Part shown: positions 42,544-44,167 of the stretch, piece after piece | How the letters are laid out: every line of letters starts with the position of its first letter | Position numbering within the stretch: position 1 is the stretch's first letter | Source: a virus | Lineage: Duplodnaviria > Caudoviricetes | Strand: one strand, 5' to 3' | Virus record (IMG/VR): IMGVR_UViG_3300037423_000772 | Coordinates: 1-44,167 of that record | DNA: 44,167 bases | Notes under the pieces: model-generated | Seen by the model: the letters and a program-made list of their open reading frames with translations, nothing else | Databases searched by the model: none | What the model was told of the DNA's origin: nothing | Translations under genes and position numbers: made by a program

Positions 42544-42762
42544 CTACGGTTTGATCCCCGCCACCACCCACTGGTCCCGCACCCGCCGCATCGCTTTCGC
42601 CGTTGGATTGCAGTGCGGGCAGATCAGGCGATGCCGTCGCTGGTCGCTGTCGCGCTCCTCGGCGGCCGTGGTCTTGTGTCTGCGGATGCGCCAGATGGCG
42701 CGGGCCGTCTGGAATCGCGCGAACGCGATCTCGGCTGCGGTCGGTGTCTCGATCTCACGCAT
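42544..42762 (-). CDS. Hypothetical protein with CPHC motif
   Basis: GGAGG RBS. Confidence 0.5.
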   Translation of the reverse strand: MREIETPTAAEIAFARFQTARAIWRIRRHKTTAAEERDSDQRRHRLICPHCNPTAKAMRRVRDQWVVAGIKP

Positions 42763-42898
42763 GACTGGCCTCCCCAATGCGGGCGAGTTCGGCTTGCAGT
42801 GACGGGGTGATGCCGAGATAGGCGAGCGCGACTTCGGCGGCGTCTGCGTCGAAGAACCAGCGCCAGAAGGCATCGCGAAAGCGTTGCTGGTAGCTCAT
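42755..42898 (-). CDS. Hypothetical protein
   Basis: GGAG RBS, ATGA overlap. Confidence 0.5.
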   Translation of the reverse strand: MSYQQRFRDAFWRWFFDADAAEVALAYLGITPSLQAELARIGEASHA

Positions 42899-43047
42899 TG
42901 CCGCGTCTCCCATGCCTGCGTCAGTTCGCGGATCTCGTGCGCCTCGGCTTCCTTCTCGTGCCGGTGGGCGTTCTGTTCCCACCCGGCTTGCTTGAGCTGC
43001 GCCGCGACGCCGCGCTCCAGTTCGGCGATATGTTCCATCTCGGTCAT
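42895..43047 (-). CDS. 50-aa hypothetical protein (MTEMEHIAEL...)
   Basis: Manual translation; ATGA overlaps at both ends. Confidence 0.55.
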   Translation of the reverse strand: MTEMEHIAELERGVAAQLKQAGWEQNAHRHEKEAEAHEIRELTQAWETRQ

Positions 43048-43445
43048 GCCACGGCCCTCACGGCGAGCTGGTCAGCCAACCGGCGCTGGACGACGCGCTC
43101 GCATTCCTCGTCCCGCTCGTTCTGCTGTCGTTCCATCCACTGTTCCAGCAGGCGCGTCCCCGTAGCCCAGCAGAAGGCCGACACGAACCATTCCGGAAGC
43201 TCGCCGGATTCGCTGTGCTTGAGGTTGATGAGACGCGACAGGTAGCTCTCGCTAATGCGCAGCTTGGTCGCGCACGCCAGGAGCTTCAGGCCGGAGGCTT
43301 GCAACGAGACCTGCATCGCCATCGTCGCGGTCTCGCACTGACGCACGATTTTGGCGGGTGCATCCAATGGGGGATTGACAGCCTGCAAGTCCCTGAAAAA
43401 CCGTAGGGATCGCTGGAACTTGCATTCGCTTTCATTCGCTTTCAT
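43044..43445 (-). CDS. CII-like HTH regulator
   Basis: CATKLRISESYLSRL HTH; located after cro and its terminator; start uncertain. Confidence 0.7.
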   Translation of the reverse strand: MKANESECKFQRSLRFFRDLQAVNPPLDAPAKIVRQCETATMAMQVSLQASGLKLLACATKLRISESYLSRLINLKHSESGELPEWFVSAFCWATGTRLLEQWMERQQNERDEECERVVQRRLADQLAVRAVA

Positions 43446-43468
43446 GGCCTTGCACTCACCATTCAGGC

Positions 43469-43499
43469 AAAAAAAGAGCCGACCCAAACAGGCCGGCTT
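43469..43499 (-). terminator. tR1-like terminator after cro
   Basis: AGCCGGCC...GGTCGGCT stem followed by CTTTTTTT. Confidence 0.7.
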
Positions 43500-43714
43500 C
43501 AGTGACTAGAGTCGTTTCCCCACACATCAGGACGCAGCGATTCCAGCGTGACCGCGCCGAGCGTTTCTTCATGGATGCGCTTGGCGAGCGTGACGCTGGG
43601 TTGCCGGCCGTTATTGCGGACGGCGATCTGCCAGAGGTAGTTGGGGGTGATGCCCAGGCGGCTCGCCAACGCCTGACGGCTGCCGCCCGTCTTGAAGAAG
43701 GTCTGTAGGTCCAT
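43499..43714 (-). CDS. cro: Cro/YdaS-like repressor
   Basis: RQALASRLGITPNYLWQI...IHEET.GAVT..SLRPDVW; divergent from cI. Confidence 0.9.
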   Translation of the reverse strand: MDLQTFFKTGGSRQALASRLGITPNYLWQIAVRNNGRQPSVTLAKRIHEETLGAVTLESLRPDVWGNDSSH

Positions 43715-43801
43715 GCTTCAGACCATACCGAATGTAAGACTTGAGGTCAAGCCAAATGCTTGCCGCTTGTCGGAGGATCAGCGTCTTACATTTCGTGATA
43801 T
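43715..43801. promoter_or_regulatory. OR region: PR, candidate PRM and three 19-bp operators (43722-43740, 43757-43775, 43783-43801)
   Basis: On the - strand, TTGACC-N17-TATGGT ends 7 nt before the cro ATG. On the + strand, TACATT ends 7 nt before the cI ATG. Operators share the GTAAGAC/GTCTTAC half-site. Confidence 0.8.
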
Positions 43802-44167
43802 GAAACCCATCACCCAGATACGCCGCGAACGGCTGCGCGAGCTAGTCACCGAGGCCGGAACGCAGGCCGCTGTGGCTTTACGCATAGGGAAGGACAAGAA
43901 CCAGATTTATCAATGGCTCCTGTCTCCCGGCGTGGAGGGCGCACGCAATATCGGGTCGCGCTCGGCCACGCTTTTAGAGATGGCGTTCTCAAAACCACAA
44001 GGCTGGATGGACTCCGATCCTGAAGCCTTCGGGTCCGTGAATGAATCGCCGGCAAACTATGACTATCGGCAGTCTCGCGCCGCGCGACCCACCGCCTCCA
44101 TACTCGCCGAGGCGGTGAGGGTGCTAGACGTTGACGAGACCGTCAACGGCAAATATCCCCCGCTAAA
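43800..44167 (+). CDS. cI: CI-like immunity repressor, 5' part (continues through the origin to 202; about 166 aa)
   Basis: Manual translation MKPITQIRRERLRELVTEAGTQAAVALRIGKDKNQIYQWLL...RNIGSRSATLLEMAFSKPQGWMD is a typical phage-repressor HTH. It is divergent from cro and in frame with ORF 17..202. Confidence 0.85.
   Translation, partial: MKPITQIRRERLRELVTEAGTQAAVALRIGKDKNQIYQWLLSPGVEGARNIGSRSATLLEMAFSKPQGWMDSDPEAFGSVNESPANYDYRQSRAARPTASILAEAVRVLDVDETVNGKYPPL
44099..44167. repeat. Terminal direct repeat (circularisation overlap), right copy
   Basis: Identical to 1-69. Confidence 0.97.

Noticed and set aside
43422-43445. CATTCGCTTT tandem repeat near the cII-like start
   Set aside because: Only two short copies; insufficient evidence for a function.
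1-44167. Alternative genetic code or stop-codon reassignment
   Set aside because: Core genes are full length under the standard code, and all three stop codons are used at gene ends.

Overview
The window is an apparently complete, circularly permuted genome of a temperate, long-tailed (siphovirus-type) dsDNA phage in its excised form. Bases 1-69 are identical to 44099-44167, giving about 44,098 bp of unique sequence. High GC and gene content suggest a Xanthomonadales-like gammaproteobacterial host (inference). The layout is lambdoid. A cI/cro switch with five related 19-bp operators spans the origin. The + strand early arm carries ERF, a YqaJ exonuclease, an SSB-like gene, many small genes, xis and a tyrosine integrase. 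An intact attP matches the 3' half of tRNA-Phe(GAA), and an OafA-like acyltransferase lies next to it. The long - strand arm holds replication and nin-like genes, a Q-like gene, an expanded lysis region, packaging and head genes, and a GTA-like tail. The most striking observation is a possible polysaccharide/matrix-handling system. Two paralogous right-handed beta-helix domains occur, one fused to the baseplate hub and one free-standing after the spanins. A trypsin-like lipoprotein protease sits inside the lysis cassette and a proteasome-like Ntn protein sits just upstream of it, each behind a structured leader. All calls come from motif recognition and synteny; no database searches were run.
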